Source of the DNA: Candidatus Bathyarchaeota archaeon
Lineage (GTDB): Archaea > Thermoproteota > Bathyarchaeia > Bathyarchaeales > Bathycorpusculaceae
Direction of reading: 5' to 3'
Assembly (NCBI GenBank): GCA_963826715.1
Contig: CAWGYA010000001.1
Location: 1-64,000, forward strand
DNA: 64,000 nucleotides
Shown here: positions 1 through 9,132 of the stretch, in pieces
Position numbering within the stretch: the first letter of the stretch is position 1
How the letters are laid out: the number at the start of each line of letters is the position of its first letter
The notes under the pieces: model-generated
The model's input: the letters and a program-made list of their open reading frames with translations, nothing else
Told to the model about the DNA's origin: nothing
Database searches by the model: none
Made by a program: the position numbers and the translations under genes

Positions 1-223
1 GATAATATTTACTCAGATCCAATGTTCTACCTCCGTCCTCTTCACTCCAACTTTGCTACTTCCACTTTGGCCCAGCTGCCTTGTTCCGATATTTACGGCT
101 GAAAGATTATGGGCTAGTTAGCTAAACTTTTAATCTTTTGCGCTGGCGATGCAGTTTCAGGTTTTTAAGCACCTTTGCCATCTATAGTGACTTTGGTAGA
201 CAAGAAGACTCAGTATTTTTTTC

Positions 224-349
224 TCATTTCTTTCTATTCCATCTGCGGTTACCCGGGGGTCCTATAAGAAAATAACCTATCAACATAATAACAATAGTTA
301 CAACGACAATTATCACAACTGCTACTTCAGACGTTACGCTCACCTCCAT
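224..349 (-). CDS. small single-TM protein (41 aa)
   Basis: Manual translation MEVSVTSEVAVVIIVVVTIVIMLIGYFLIGPPGNRRWNRKK: hydrophobic helix plus basic tail; below ORF-track cutoff. Confidence 0.45.
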   Translation of the reverse strand: MEVSVTSEVAVVIIVVVTIVIMLIGYFLIGPPGNRRWNRKK

Positions 350-485
350 TTTTAGTATCTAAGTCTAAATATTTCTGCAATGACGAAAAGTGTGATACAA
401 TAATAATTTTTTTGCCATTCATTTCTTTCATTTACCGCGACCTCTCATGAATTGTGCTTTTCACTTCTCCACAGATAAAAAGTCT

Positions 486-1229
486 TTACTTCCATTTTGT
501 TAGTATTTCCTCCCTTCGGAAAGTTGCTGTGCTAACATAGAACAGCGCCGCATCAACCGCTAAAAGTATACCTGAAATTATAAGCAGACCGTTTACGTCA
601 AGAGTTATTATGCCAAACTCGCTAGCAAAATATGTGCCCAGGAGCGGAAAGAAAATAAAAATTCCAAAACTGTTAGCGCTGCGCACATCATTAACTCTCG
701 ATGAAACAATAACACTGAACAAAACACTCATAACAATAACAACCGGCATCAAAACTAACAGCAAAGTGGCGATGTTCCAGTTTGGAAAATAAAAGTAACC
801 TAGCGTACTGAAAGTAACACCGTCAACTCCCACCATGAAAATTACCGCAGCAGCATACATTGCCACTAAAGTTGGAATAACTGCAGAAATAGCTTTTCCA
901 AGCAATATTTCTCCATCAGTAAGGGGCGTAGCTAGAAGCGGTTCCAGACTTTTCTCCACTTTCTCCCCCACTATACTATAGGAGGCAATCCCTAAGGGAA
1001 CGTATGCTGCTCCTATAACTAAAAAGAAGGAAAAGGAGTTAAGCAAATTTGGAAGCACACTAGGCGCTGCAAGTCCGGGGCTCCCCCTTAATGCTAAATA
1101 CTCCAGTATCACCGGAAACAGAACCGAGATGATAACTGGGAAGACGATGATTGAATACCAGACGTTTTTTACGCGCCTAAATATCTTAAAGTCCCTTGAG
1201 GCTATAATCCACGCTTTAGATAACCTCAT
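486..1229 (-). CDS. ABC-2 type transporter permease
   Basis: Multiple TM helices, SIVGEKVEKSLEPLLATP motif; overlaps ATPase gene. Confidence 0.9.
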   Translation of the reverse strand: MRLSKAWIIASRDFKIFRRVKNVWYSIIVFPVIISVLFPVILEYLALRGSPGLAAPSVLPNLLNSFSFFLVIGAAYVPLGIASYSIVGEKVEKSLEPLLATPLTDGEILLGKAISAVIPTLVAMYAAAVIFMVGVDGVTFSTLGYFYFPNWNIATLLLVLMPVVIVMSVLFSVIVSSRVNDVRSANSFGIFIFFPLLGTYFASEFGIITLDVNGLLIISGILLAVDAALFYVSTATFRREEILTKWK

Positions 1230-2146
1230 GCTGACGCCCTCACAAGCTTCAAATATACATCCTCTAAAGAGGACCCAACAACATTAACTGTATTAACATG
1301 ACCACCCGCTAAAACCATAGCTTCAACAGCACCCCAATTCTCTTTATCGGGGTCTGACACATCAAAAGATACCTTATTTCCCTCACTATTCAAATTCTTA
1401 AGTGACAGTTTTTTCAAAGCAGTTAGAATTTTTTCGTTAACTTGTTCCAACGAGACAACGGTTTTCTTACCCTTAACTGCCCCCTCAAGATCTTGAGGGG
1501 TACCAGTCACAAGGAGCTTAGTATTTAAAATCCCTATTGTGTCACATATCCTCTGTGCCTCATCAAGGTTATGGGTATTTAGGAAAATGGTTTTCTTCTG
1601 CTTTTTTAGTTCAAGAATAAAATCCCTAACTGTCTTTGCAGATTCAGGATCCAAGTTTGCCGTCGGCTCATCCAAAAACAATACCTGTGGATCATGAATA
1701 AGAGCGCGTGCAATGGCTAACTTTTGCTTCATACCTTTAGAAAAGGTTCCCGTCAAAGCATTCCTTTTTTCCCAAAGACCCAACATCTCAAGAAATCGCT
1801 TAATGCTTTCTTTCCTTTGAGATTCCGAGCAATCATATATTTTTCCATAAAAGTCTAGGTTATCATAGGCGGTTAGTTGTTCAGATAGCCCGACATTATC
1901 AGGAACCAAGCCAATCATTTTACGTATTTTTAAAGAACCCTTTTTATTGCCGATTTCATACCCGCCTATTGTGGCGCTTCCACTTGTCTTTGATATTAGG
2001 CAACAAAGCATCCTAATGGTGGTGGTTTTTCCTGCGCCATTTGGTCCTAGGAAGCCAAAAACTTCTCCATCAGTAACGTGTAGGGTAACGTTATCTACGG
2101 CTATTAGGTCACCGAATTTTTTGGTTAGATTTTCAGCTTCAATCAA
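1226..2146 (-). CDS. ABC transporter ATP-binding protein
   Basis: Walker A GPNGAGKTT, signature FSKGMKQK, Walker B LFLDEP. Confidence 0.95.
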   Translation of the reverse strand: MIEAENLTKKFGDLIAVDNVTLHVTDGEVFGFLGPNGAGKTTTIRMLCCLISKTSGSATIGGYEIGNKKGSLKIRKMIGLVPDNVGLSEQLTAYDNLDFYGKIYDCSESQRKESIKRFLEMLGLWEKRNALTGTFSKGMKQKLAIARALIHDPQVLFLDEPTANLDPESAKTVRDFILELKKQKKTIFLNTHNLDEAQRICDTIGILNTKLLVTGTPQDLEGAVKGKKTVVSLEQVNEKILTALKKLSLKNLNSEGNKVSFDVSDPDKENWGAVEAMVLAGGHVNTVNVVGSSLEDVYLKLVRASA

Positions 2147-2587
2147 ACTGACATCACAAAATAGAATGATACTATAACTGCTTAACTATTTTTGAGGTGA
2201 ATTCAGCTTTTAAACCTAAACTCTTGGATTGATGTCTCTGTCCTAAGTGAGAATAAATGAGTTTAGACAACTAGATCTTGCTTCGCGTGCGCTTAAGCTT
2301 TCTATAACTTCATCTTTGGAATCTAAATCGGTGTTTACTAAAACAACTGCTGAAATCAAATGTTAATCCTCGCTATTCGGATTTATCTATGAACAACATA
2401 ATTAAGATGTGTTGTTGTATGGGTGAAGCCACAAAGCGCTAACTATAAAAAGTCCTACTTATTTTCAAGTATTAGCTACGTAATCCATTAAAAATCAAAA
2501 ATAGAAAAAATCAAAATAGCACTTGACTACAAGGAAACTCTCAGGGAGTTTTCTTTTTACAAGGAGAGATTGTCTACGAAAACATGG

Positions 2588-2990
2588 TTAGGGTGCTAAG
2601 GACTGTTCTTCCTCTTTGGATTGTCTAGTTAATTCGTCAAAGACAGCTATGCATTTCTTAGCAACCAAGGACCAGGTGAATTTTCTGCTGTTATTATATG
2701 CGTTTTGTTCTAGGGATCTTTGGAGAGATTTGTTTTCAATTATTTCTATAACTTTTTCAGCTATAGAGGCTGAATCGTCAAATTTTGCATAACAGACCGC
2801 GACCGTTATCCAAGACTTCTTTTGCATGAAGGTAAGGTGTAGAAACCATCGCTTTTCCTGCAGCTAAAACGTAAAATAGTGTTCTGCTGCTTAGCTGGTT
2901 AGGTGAAGGATAGTGTGTAATGTAAACGTCGGTTGCCTGATGATAATTGGTGATAATTATAGAGTTCAGGTTTGGAGAGAAAAAGATCAA
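2588..2990 (-). pseudogene. GT4 glycosyltransferase C-terminal remnant, frameshifted
   Basis: QATDVYITHY..TLFYVLAAGKAMVSTPYLHAKEVL continues in another frame as KFDDSASIAEK...FTWSLVAK; N-terminal domain absent. Confidence 0.7.
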
Positions 2991-3156
2991 AATTTAGTCG
3001 CCCACACACACCATTTCAAAGTCAGCTATCATCTTTAGAACAAAGGGATCCGAACGGATCGTGCTTTGTTTGACGAGAATACTCGCGAATGTTGTTTCAT
3101 CCTGTAACAACTTAATGTTATAAACTGAAACACTCAACAATAAATAAGGTAAATAT

Positions 3157-3393
3157 ATGGAACAAGTCCATGCATACAAATTGGATTTGACTAAAATAGA
3201 CGGAAACGGAGACTTCTCATGTCCAAGATGCAGAAGTACCATTTCACCCGATGATACTACAGAAAAGACTTACTTCATTATAGAACCAAAAGTCAATAAA
3301 AACGGCTTGGAAGAACTTGTGATTAGCTGCAACATATGTAAAAGTTATATTTATTTGACTGGATTTTCTCTTTTGGATGAATTGTCTATTTAG
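3157..3393 (+). CDS. small Zn-ribbon protein
   Basis: CPRC...CNIC pairs, 78 aa. Confidence 0.75.
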   Translation: MEQVHAYKLDLTKIDGNGDFSCPRCRSTISPDDTTEKTYFIIEPKVNKNGLEELVISCNICKSYIYLTGFSLLDELSI

Positions 3394-3680
3394 GGAGGTA
3401 ACTCTCTAAATACACTGATTTGCTTTTTGATTTTGTTCCAACTTCGCAAGAAAATTTTAAGGCATAATAACTATTCTTAGGGAACAAACCAGCCTTACTG
3501 CAATAGCAACCCATGCACCGAGTCTCAAGCACCAACTCCAGAAGCACCATACTTAAGTGGCTACTGCTATGCAAACGGTTATGGGTTCCTTCTTTCATAC
3601 CTTATTTCCCTGCTTGCATAGCGCATGTAATGTTGCAATTTATGCCCAATATTACAAAATAACCTTAAATTAAAGGTATT

Positions 3681-3757
3681 TGGTGCCGAGGGCAGGGTTT
3701 GAACATGCGACGACTCGGTCTTCAGCCGAGCGCTCTCCCAGGCTGAGCTACCTCGGC
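3681..3757 (-). tRNA. tRNA-Phe(GAA), CCA encoded
   Basis: GCCGAGG acceptor stem, anticodon arm CTCGG-CTGAAGA-CCGAG, T loop TTCAAAC; one T-stem mismatch. Confidence 0.92.
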
Positions 3758-3817
3758 ACTTATTTGGATGTTTTGGGCCATTTTTAGGAGAGGCTATACC
3801 ATCAATGTTGAAGATGT

Positions 3818-4764
3818 TTATTTACGTTTTCGTAGGAATATTAAATTGTCCTTTTGGCAAATGTATTCGAAGCCGACTTCAAGCAATGCTTTGACTTCCT
3901 CAGCTTTTTCAACGACTCTTACTGTGAATTCATCTCTTGAAGGTTCAAACAACATATTTTCAATGTTGATGTAGATTTCAGTGTTTTTGACGCTTTTGTG
4001 TCCTAGAAAGTTTTTTACGTGAAATACGTCTTTTGTTTTGTGGTATTCGATGGTGGCTTTCCAGTGTCTGAATGTATGGAAGCTTATTCTGTGAAAACGA
4101 GGATTTTGCATTTTCTCAGCTAATCTTTGTCTTGCGTGCAAGTGCATTGATTTCATTGAGTAGATTGAGGCTTCTCCAAAGACCTTTCTTGATTTCTCCT
4201 TTGGCAGATTGCGAAGCATCACGATTAGTTCTTGGCTAACGCGCCACATTCGTGGGTTAGAGTTTTTTTCTGATGCATTGAGTACTATTATGCTTCTTTC
4301 GAAATCTACATCCGTCCATAGTAATCGTTTTGCTTCGCCGCGTCTCATGGCTGTTTCTTTGAGTAATAAGAGGAATGTTGAGAGTTTCTTAGGGGCGGCA
4401 GTAATTAATGCGTCTATTTCTTGCTCAGTAGGGATAAACGGAAATGTATCTGTAACCTTGCATAGCGGCGGTTCCCAGGTCATGTTGTTAAGTTTTAGGA
4501 AATTAGTGTAGGCTATTATCACGTTTCGCCGTCTGTTTTGGCTCCATTTTTGTGCTGCCATGACATCTTAACTGAGTTAGAATCGAATAGGTTAGCACCG
4601 CGATTTGATAGAGTGTTTAAAGCTGACCGATTTAGTCTTATGGTTTCTTCGCTGTAGTTTTGGCGTTTTAGATAGATCAGATATTCTAAGGTTTTTCCTT
4701 TAACTTCCTGTTGTGTTTTCTCTATTTCTCCAGCTACAGTTTTTATTTCTGGATGCTGGTCCAA
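3818..4764 (-). pseudogene. tyrosine recombinase/integrase, frameshifted near 4570 and probably N-terminally truncated
   Basis: Catalytic R (TAMRRGE), K, HTFRH, LGHKS and Y intact in 3818-4561; N-terminal part 4519-4764 joins if one base is added at GTTAAGATGTC. Confidence 0.85.
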
Positions 4765-5134
4765 TTTTTTCGCCTTGTCCTAATTCAATAACCAAGTCAC
4801 TGTAATCCAAATCATCTTTTTTGAAAAAATAGATATTTTTTCCCTCATCGAAGGCTTTTCTCAATTCCCGTTTTAGTTCGTGCCTTTTGTTGAAACCAAG
4901 GGTCATAATTTATACGAAATTTTTGCTATTTTTTATCCCTTGGTCTACATAAAACCGCCATTCATCCGTTTCTTCAACCGTGTTTTTCGGAATATCTTCG
5001 CTATCAAGAAAAGCGGTTCGCTCAAAATGGGGAGCATGAGTTTTCAAGTATTTTGCATACTTAGTGCGAGTTCCAGAATAGTATGATATGAAGAAATCGC
5101 ATACTTCTTCATGGTTGCCTTTGGTTTCACCCAT
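4700..5134 (-). pseudogene. TIR-domain protein with internal TAA, apparently truncated
   Basis: DFFISY...AFLDSEDI...IKNSKNFV*IMT...ELKRELRKAFDEGKNIYFF; the two ORFs are in frame across the stop at 4910-4912. Confidence 0.7.
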
Positions 5135-5242
5135 CTAATCACTTCTTAATCTTTCGGACACTGTTATCTTAGTTGATTAGTTTTGCATCTCTACGCATTT
5201 AATTATTTGCCATTGAAATTGATTGCCTAAAAATTTAGATAG

Positions 5243-5315
5243 TTGACAATGAGACAGACATTAGACACGCACGCGCACCCTCACTCACTGTCAGACTGTC
5301 TGTGTCTATCATTGT
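5243..5315. repeat. imperfect palindromic repeat 1
   Basis: ACAATGA-GACAGACA ... TGTCTGTGTC-TA-TCATTGT arms; core CGCACCCT..CTGTCAGACTGTC. Confidence 0.6.
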
Positions 5316-5350
5316 TATTCCTTAGGTTGCCACCAATTCTATTAGAATCT

Positions 5351-5578
5351 TTATTGATTGTTAACGTTAAGTGTTCCTTCTGGTTTTGACGATTTGATTA
5401 GATACCATCCATATACAAACAGGATGAGTGCTGCTACTAACAAACCTATTCCTAATGGAATAAACAAGCTCGCCTCAGCGAAATTAAAAAATCCTAACAT
5501 AACTACAATTCCAAAAATTCCTAACAAGACTGCTAATACAAGGAGCACTCGACCACCAAGATAACCCGCAAAACCCAT
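5351..5578 (-). CDS. small 2-TM membrane protein
   Basis: 75 aa, two hydrophobic helices, AGGTG RBS-like site and TATA upstream. Confidence 0.75.
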   Translation of the reverse strand: MGFAGYLGGRVLLVLAVLLGIFGIVVMLGFFNFAEASLFIPLGIGLLVAALILFVYGWYLIKSSKPEGTLNVNNQ

Positions 5579-5641
5579 ATCTTTTCACCTTTATCTCTAT
5601 TTATAAAATAGTTGGCTGAAGTATAAAAGCTGTTACTGCAA

Positions 5642-5735
5642 GTTAACACAGACAAACCTCTGCAATGAGTGCCCACGCACCCTGCACATCTCTGTCAGTC
5701 ACTCTATCTGTCAAACTGTCGCCAGTTTGTCTCAA
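5642..5735. repeat. imperfect palindromic repeat 2, related to repeat 1
   Basis: AGACAAAC ... GTTTGTCT arms; core CGCACCCT..CTGTCAG..CTGTCAAACTGTC. Confidence 0.55.
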
Positions 5736-5821
5736 AGTCAGCGCTCGGTTGTAGTTGTGGTTCTACAGTCACATATCGTTAAGTAGACAATAAGGCAGTT
5801 ATAAAAGAGGTGATTGTGCAA

Positions 5822-5941
5822 ATGAGGTTTTTGCGTAATATCAAAGCTGGTTTGGCTGGGTGGCTCTGGTCTGCTATTGTAGTAGTGGTATTAATAATAG
5901 TTCTTGTTGCTGCTTTGAAATTTCTTTTACACTTAATATAA
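5822..5941 (+). CDS. small single-TM protein (39 aa)
   Basis: MRFLRNIKAGLAGWLWSAIVVVVLIIVLVAALKFLLHLI; GAGGTGA RBS and TTATAAA upstream. Confidence 0.65.
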   Translation: MRFLRNIKAGLAGWLWSAIVVVVLIIVLVAALKFLLHLI

Positions 5942-5983
5942 GTCAGCCATGCGTTTTAGCGTGTTTAGGAGGTGTAACAAATT

Positions 5984-6184
5984 ATGTCAGATCAACATAT
6001 AGATGTCAAAGAACAGATAGAGAAACTTGGTGAGAAATGGAGTGAGTTCCAGAAATCCTGGGTTAGCAACTTTAAAGATATTGATTTTGAAGTGTTAGAG
6101 TGGAACTTTGGTGTTGGAAAAAACGAAAAAGAATACATCATAGACTTGAAAGCCAAAGTCGCTATTAGAGAAAAAAAGATGTAA
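5984..6184 (+). CDS. hypothetical protein
   Basis: 66 aa, strong GGAGGTG RBS. Confidence 0.75.
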   Translation: MSDQHIDVKEQIEKLGEKWSEFQKSWVSNFKDIDFEVLEWNFGVGKNEKEYIIDLKAKVAIREKKM

Positions 6185-6354
6185 TCCCATTTGCAATGGT
6201 GAACTCAACTTCCTTTTTTCACCACTATACCTTTTTCATTATTTTTTAAAGCCCAATAGTTTTCACAGAACACCTTTTGTTGCTGTAAGCAAACAGTCAC
6301 AAATCATTAATTAACAAGGCAATCGACCTATCATGTAAGAGTTGCAGGAATTAG

Positions 6355-6741
6355 TTGACTACCTTAAAAGAAATCATACACGCATTACTCGATGAAATTA
6401 AAGATATTCTAAAAGAATATGTGCATGAAACGGAGTCTAATCTTAAGACGCGCCTCAAAAAACTACTATTAACTGGCATTGTTATTAGCATTTTGATTTC
6501 TTTGGTAATTTCGTTTTTAGGATCAGCTTCTCTGTTTATCCTCATAGGATCGCTAAAATATCTCATGACGATGATGCCGCCATGGCAGGCTTGGTATATA
6601 ACAGGGATCACTTCAGCCGTCACTGGAGTACTCATCCTCTTGACACTTTACATAATAATAAGAAATCAATTGAAAGCTCCCCAGCCATCAACTGCAAAGA
6701 AAACAGAGGACAATATTGATGGGGGGCAAAATAATGACTAA
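6355..6741 (+). CDS. 2-TM membrane protein, holin superfamily III/YqjE-like
   Basis: Amphipathic N-terminus, two TM segments with PPWQAW, polar tail. Confidence 0.6.
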   Translation: MTTLKEIIHALLDEIKDILKEYVHETESNLKTRLKKLLLTGIVISILISLVISFLGSASLFILIGSLKYLMTMMPPWQAWYITGITSAVTGVLILLTLYIIIRNQLKAPQPSTAKKTEDNIDGGQNND

Positions 6742-7304
6742 AGATGCGAAAATTAGAATGCGTGGATTATGAAATAGACGAAATAACGCTAAGGATTTTA
6801 CTAGAACTTGACACCGCTTTTTCCATAGGATTATGCCAGAGTATCAAACAGCAAGTCCATAATGGCAACTTGTTTATTGATAGATTGCTTATTATTTAAT
6901 TGGTATATATTAACTATCAAAAAGCGACTTATAGTCAAGTCTTCGGTTGTACTCTCTTTTGATGCTTGGTTCCAGCTTCAAGGGTTTAAGGCTAAATTCT
7001 TAATAAAGTAGCAAGCGGAATTTATTTTCTATCGTTAACTTTCCCTAAACAGCGCTTGCAGTAAGTATAGGGTACTGCTTCTCTCGGCTGGGTAATTATA
7101 GTTTTTTCCCTTATCAGTCCTAGCCGTTACACCGCGTTTCTTACGGCGCTTAAAACCGCTAACTTCAACGTAAGCACTAACCAAGATAGAAGCCTCCAAA
7201 AAAGAAGGGATTAAGCTGGTAGAAATGGAGATAAATGCACAAAACACAGGAATGAGCTACCTAAACACATATCCTGGGATACCACATCAAACATGATGCA
7301 TAGT

Positions 7305-7318
7305 ATTTTAAAGCTTTC
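7305..7318 (-). promoter_or_regulatory. BRE/TATA-like promoter upstream of the tRNA-Phe 5' remnant
   Basis: Minus strand GAAAGC-TTTAAAAT about 40 nt upstream of the remnant start. Confidence 0.45.
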
Positions 7319-7548
7319 TGAAGTATCCGCAGGTAACCTAGATGCCGAAAAGCACAGAATGGTTCATCAGAAGATATCCTACTATTGCACCACCAAAAAA
7401 ACTCAACATAACCAATATGCCATCATGTTTATGTTCTTCAAAGTTTCCAAAATTCATCATGTATATTTTCACCTGTACCTTATGGGTTATGAGTTGGATA
7501 GGGAAAGGTTTTATGAAAGCAAACTATGTATTTGGAATCCGAATAGAT

Positions 7549-7625
7549 GGGCCGTTAGTCTAGCTGGCTAGGACGTCGCCCTCACGCGGCGAAGATCACC
7601 GGTTCAAATCCGGTACGGCCCACCA
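7549..7625 (+). tRNA. tRNA-Val(CAC), CCA encoded
   Basis: GGGCCGT/ACGGCCC acceptor stem, TCGCC-CTCACGC-GGCGA anticodon arm, GGTTCAAATCC. Confidence 0.96.
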
Positions 7626-7823
7626 TAACCTTCAATCAAAATTTGGTCAGGATATCAATTTTTGGCGGTTTTAACCCAAATAAAGATATGTTTTGCATTG
7701 TCTAACGTATTTATTTCTGTTGGATACGGCAAAGTAAAAGCAAACAACCCCTTGATAGTTACTTATAAATAGATGCTTTATATACTCCATTATTTATTTA
7801 AATAGGGAAGCACGTGAATTGAC

Positions 7824-8387
7824 ATGAGTAAACGAAAACCTATCATTAACATCCAAAACATTGTCGCTTCAGTTTCACTCAACCAAAAAATAGACTTACA
7901 GAAAATCGTGGAAAAATTCCCACAAACCGAATACAACCCTTCTGTTTTTCCGGGTCTCGTTTTCAGATTAAAAAAACCAAAAACAGCCACCCTCATTTTC
8001 GGGACAGGCAAAATGGTATGTACAGGCGCTAAATCCGAAAAAGAAAGCCGCAGCGCCGTAGAAAAAGTTGTTAAAGAACTCCGTGGCGAAGGAATCCAAA
8101 TCACCGAGAAACCGATCGTTAACATTCAAAACATTGTTGCCTCAGCAGAACTCGGCGGTGAAATCGACCTTGAAAGCTTAGTGTATAAGCTTGAACGAGT
8201 TATGTATGAACCCGAACAGTTCCCGGGTGCAGTATTTCGAATGGCCGAACCCAAAGTAGTCTTTTTAATCTTTTCCGCGGGCAAACTAGTATGCGTCGGC
8301 GCAAAGAAAGAAGAACAAGTCTACGAAGCAGTCGACAAAATTCAGCAGTTACTCGAAGAAAAAGAGCTAATTTATTATTCCTCTTAA
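7824..8387 (+). CDS. tbp: TATA-box binding protein
   Basis: Two repeats NIQNIVAS...YxPxxFPGxVFR...LIFxxGKxVCxGAK. Confidence 0.98.
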   Translation: MSKRKPIINIQNIVASVSLNQKIDLQKIVEKFPQTEYNPSVFPGLVFRLKKPKTATLIFGTGKMVCTGAKSEKESRSAVEKVVKELRGEGIQITEKPIVNIQNIVASAELGGEIDLESLVYKLERVMYEPEQFPGAVFRMAEPKVVFLIFSAGKLVCVGAKKEEQVYEAVDKIQQLLEEKELIYYSS

Positions 8388-8391
8388 ACCT

Positions 8392-9108
8392 TCACCCTTT
8401 TATTCTTCGACGAACCGCAGGGTTTGAATCAGAAATTTTTTTTAGGGCCAACTCAAAAGTTTCATCAGGCTCAAGTTCTTTTTTAACGAAAACACCCGTC
8501 CTGCCAACCACCGCGCGCCTACAAAGTGCATGCACACGATCCAGTATTGTCTCCGGTGAGATACCAAGGCTTTTAGCTACAACTTCCTCATGTCCAACCA
8601 CACTAGTCTCTATATGCCCCAAAACCGTTGGCTCAATAAGCATGAGTCGCTTATCGACGCCCGCCACACGTACATTCGTCTCAAGCTGAAAAAGAGTTAA
8701 TTCACCACCGAAACGATAAAATTCCCGTTCAACACGACGCATCTCCATAAGCGGAAACGTGACGGTTGTTTGCGCATCCACAATTATATGGGCTTTCATT
8801 GCGTAGTTCGGAGTAGCCTGAACAAGAAAACGGTTGTTTATAGCGATTCTGACTTTTTCGAGGGCTGACTCAACTAGAAAGCTGTTTTGCACCTCAGGAA
8901 TAAAAATATCAACATCGCTTTTTGACGAAACGTCACCACGTGCAACGCTTCCATGAGTAACCGCAAGAAGATTATGACTCTTTAGAACATTCGTAATCAG
9001 CAAAGCTTTTTTTCGATACTCTTCAAGCATCCGCCAACGATCCTTACAATAAATCACTGTTGAACTTTCTGGGGCATTTTTTGGTTTTAACGTCATTTGA
9101 TATACCAA
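8392..9108 (-). CDS. Pol-beta superfamily nucleotidyltransferase (archaeal COG2413-like)
   Basis: HGSVARGDV..SDVDI motif; GVDKRL. Confidence 0.85.
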   Translation of the reverse strand: MVYQMTLKPKNAPESSTVIYCKDRWRMLEEYRKKALLITNVLKSHNLLAVTHGSVARGDVSSKSDVDIFIPEVQNSFLVESALEKVRIAINNRFLVQATPNYAMKAHIIVDAQTTVTFPLMEMRRVEREFYRFGGELTLFQLETNVRVAGVDKRLMLIEPTVLGHIETSVVGHEEVVAKSLGISPETILDRVHALCRRAVVGRTGVFVKKELEPDETFELALKKISDSNPAVRRRIKG

Positions 9109-9132
9109 CCAAAGAAAAATTACTGTCGCAGT

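Larger units (their letters stand above)
3758..7268. mobile_element. decaying integrative island at the 5' side of tRNA-Phe
   Basis: Integrase ends 60 bp from the tRNA 5' end; broken TIR gene and small orphan genes; degenerate direct copy of the tRNA 5' end at 7247-7268. Confidence 0.6.

Noticed and set aside
3789-3800. 12-mer AGAGGCTATACC also present at about 49104
   Set aside because: 45 kb apart with core genes between; plausibly chance
4910-4912. Stop-codon recoding in the TIR gene
   Set aside because: Stop is TAA rather than TAG/TGA, and the gene also appears truncated; simple decay or error is more likely
5243-5735. Classical integron call
   Set aside because: No canonical attC R boxes or IntI-specific insertion recognised; kept only as a cassette-like hypothesis
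7035-7571. Short ORFs around the island boundary and tRNA-Val promoter
   Set aside because: Atypical composition; overlap promoter elements; probably spurious or decayed
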